64,000 nucleotides of DNA from the human T2T-CHM13v2.0 reference genome, Homo sapiens. Each line of letters opens with the position of its first letter. The first letter of the stretch is position 1. The notes beneath the pieces are model-generated. The model was not told where the DNA came from, made no database searches, and saw nothing but the letters and a program-made list of their open reading frames with translations. Made by a program: the position numbers and the translations under genes. This document shows, piece by piece, positions 63,820-64,000 of this stretch. The stretch is taken from assembly GCF_009914755.1 (NCBI RefSeq), contig NC_060947.1; one strand, written 5' to 3'.

Positions 63820-64000
63820 AAAAAAAATGTTGTGGGTATGTAGTAGGTGTACGTATTTATGAGGTACATGAGATATTTCAATACAGGCATAAAATGTGTA
63901 ATAATCACATCAGAGTAAATGGGGTATCCATAGCCTCAAGCATTTATCCTTTCTTTATGTTACAGACAATCCAATTATACAGTTTTAGTTATTTTTAAAT
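63820..64000 (-). mobile_element. L1MA-like 3' end (runs off the window)
   Basis: gtgggtatgtagtaggtgtacgtatttatgaggtacatgagat...ctcaagcatttatcc. Confidence 0.75.

Overview
This is human (primate) genomic DNA inside the PHEX gene (X-linked phosphate-regulating M13/neprilysin-family endopeptidase, Xp22), transcribed on the + strand. Three coding exons are directly visible with canonical AG/GT boundaries and an open frame across them: 16858-16959, 51647-51724 and 61608-61711. By recalled PHEX structure these are exons 12, 13 and 14. The rest is intron, densely filled with Alus (about 25), L1 fragments, solo LTRs (MER39-, MER31-, MER34-, LTR33-, MLT1-, THE1/MST-like) and DNA transposon fossils (MER5, MER20, MER44, MER58, MADE1). 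The ORF track is essentially Alu/L1 noise and misses the real exons. I found no new gene system. The most unusual structure is a cluster of local templated copies in intron 13 (53.3-59.3 kb), including an inverted copy pasted inside a MaLR LTR with a fold-back junction and an apparently gene-converted core. There are also several strong pseudoexon and recursive-splice candidates relevant to X-linked hypophosphatemia. Repeat subfamily names come from recalled consensus sequences and repeat boundaries are approximate unless a TSD is quoted.
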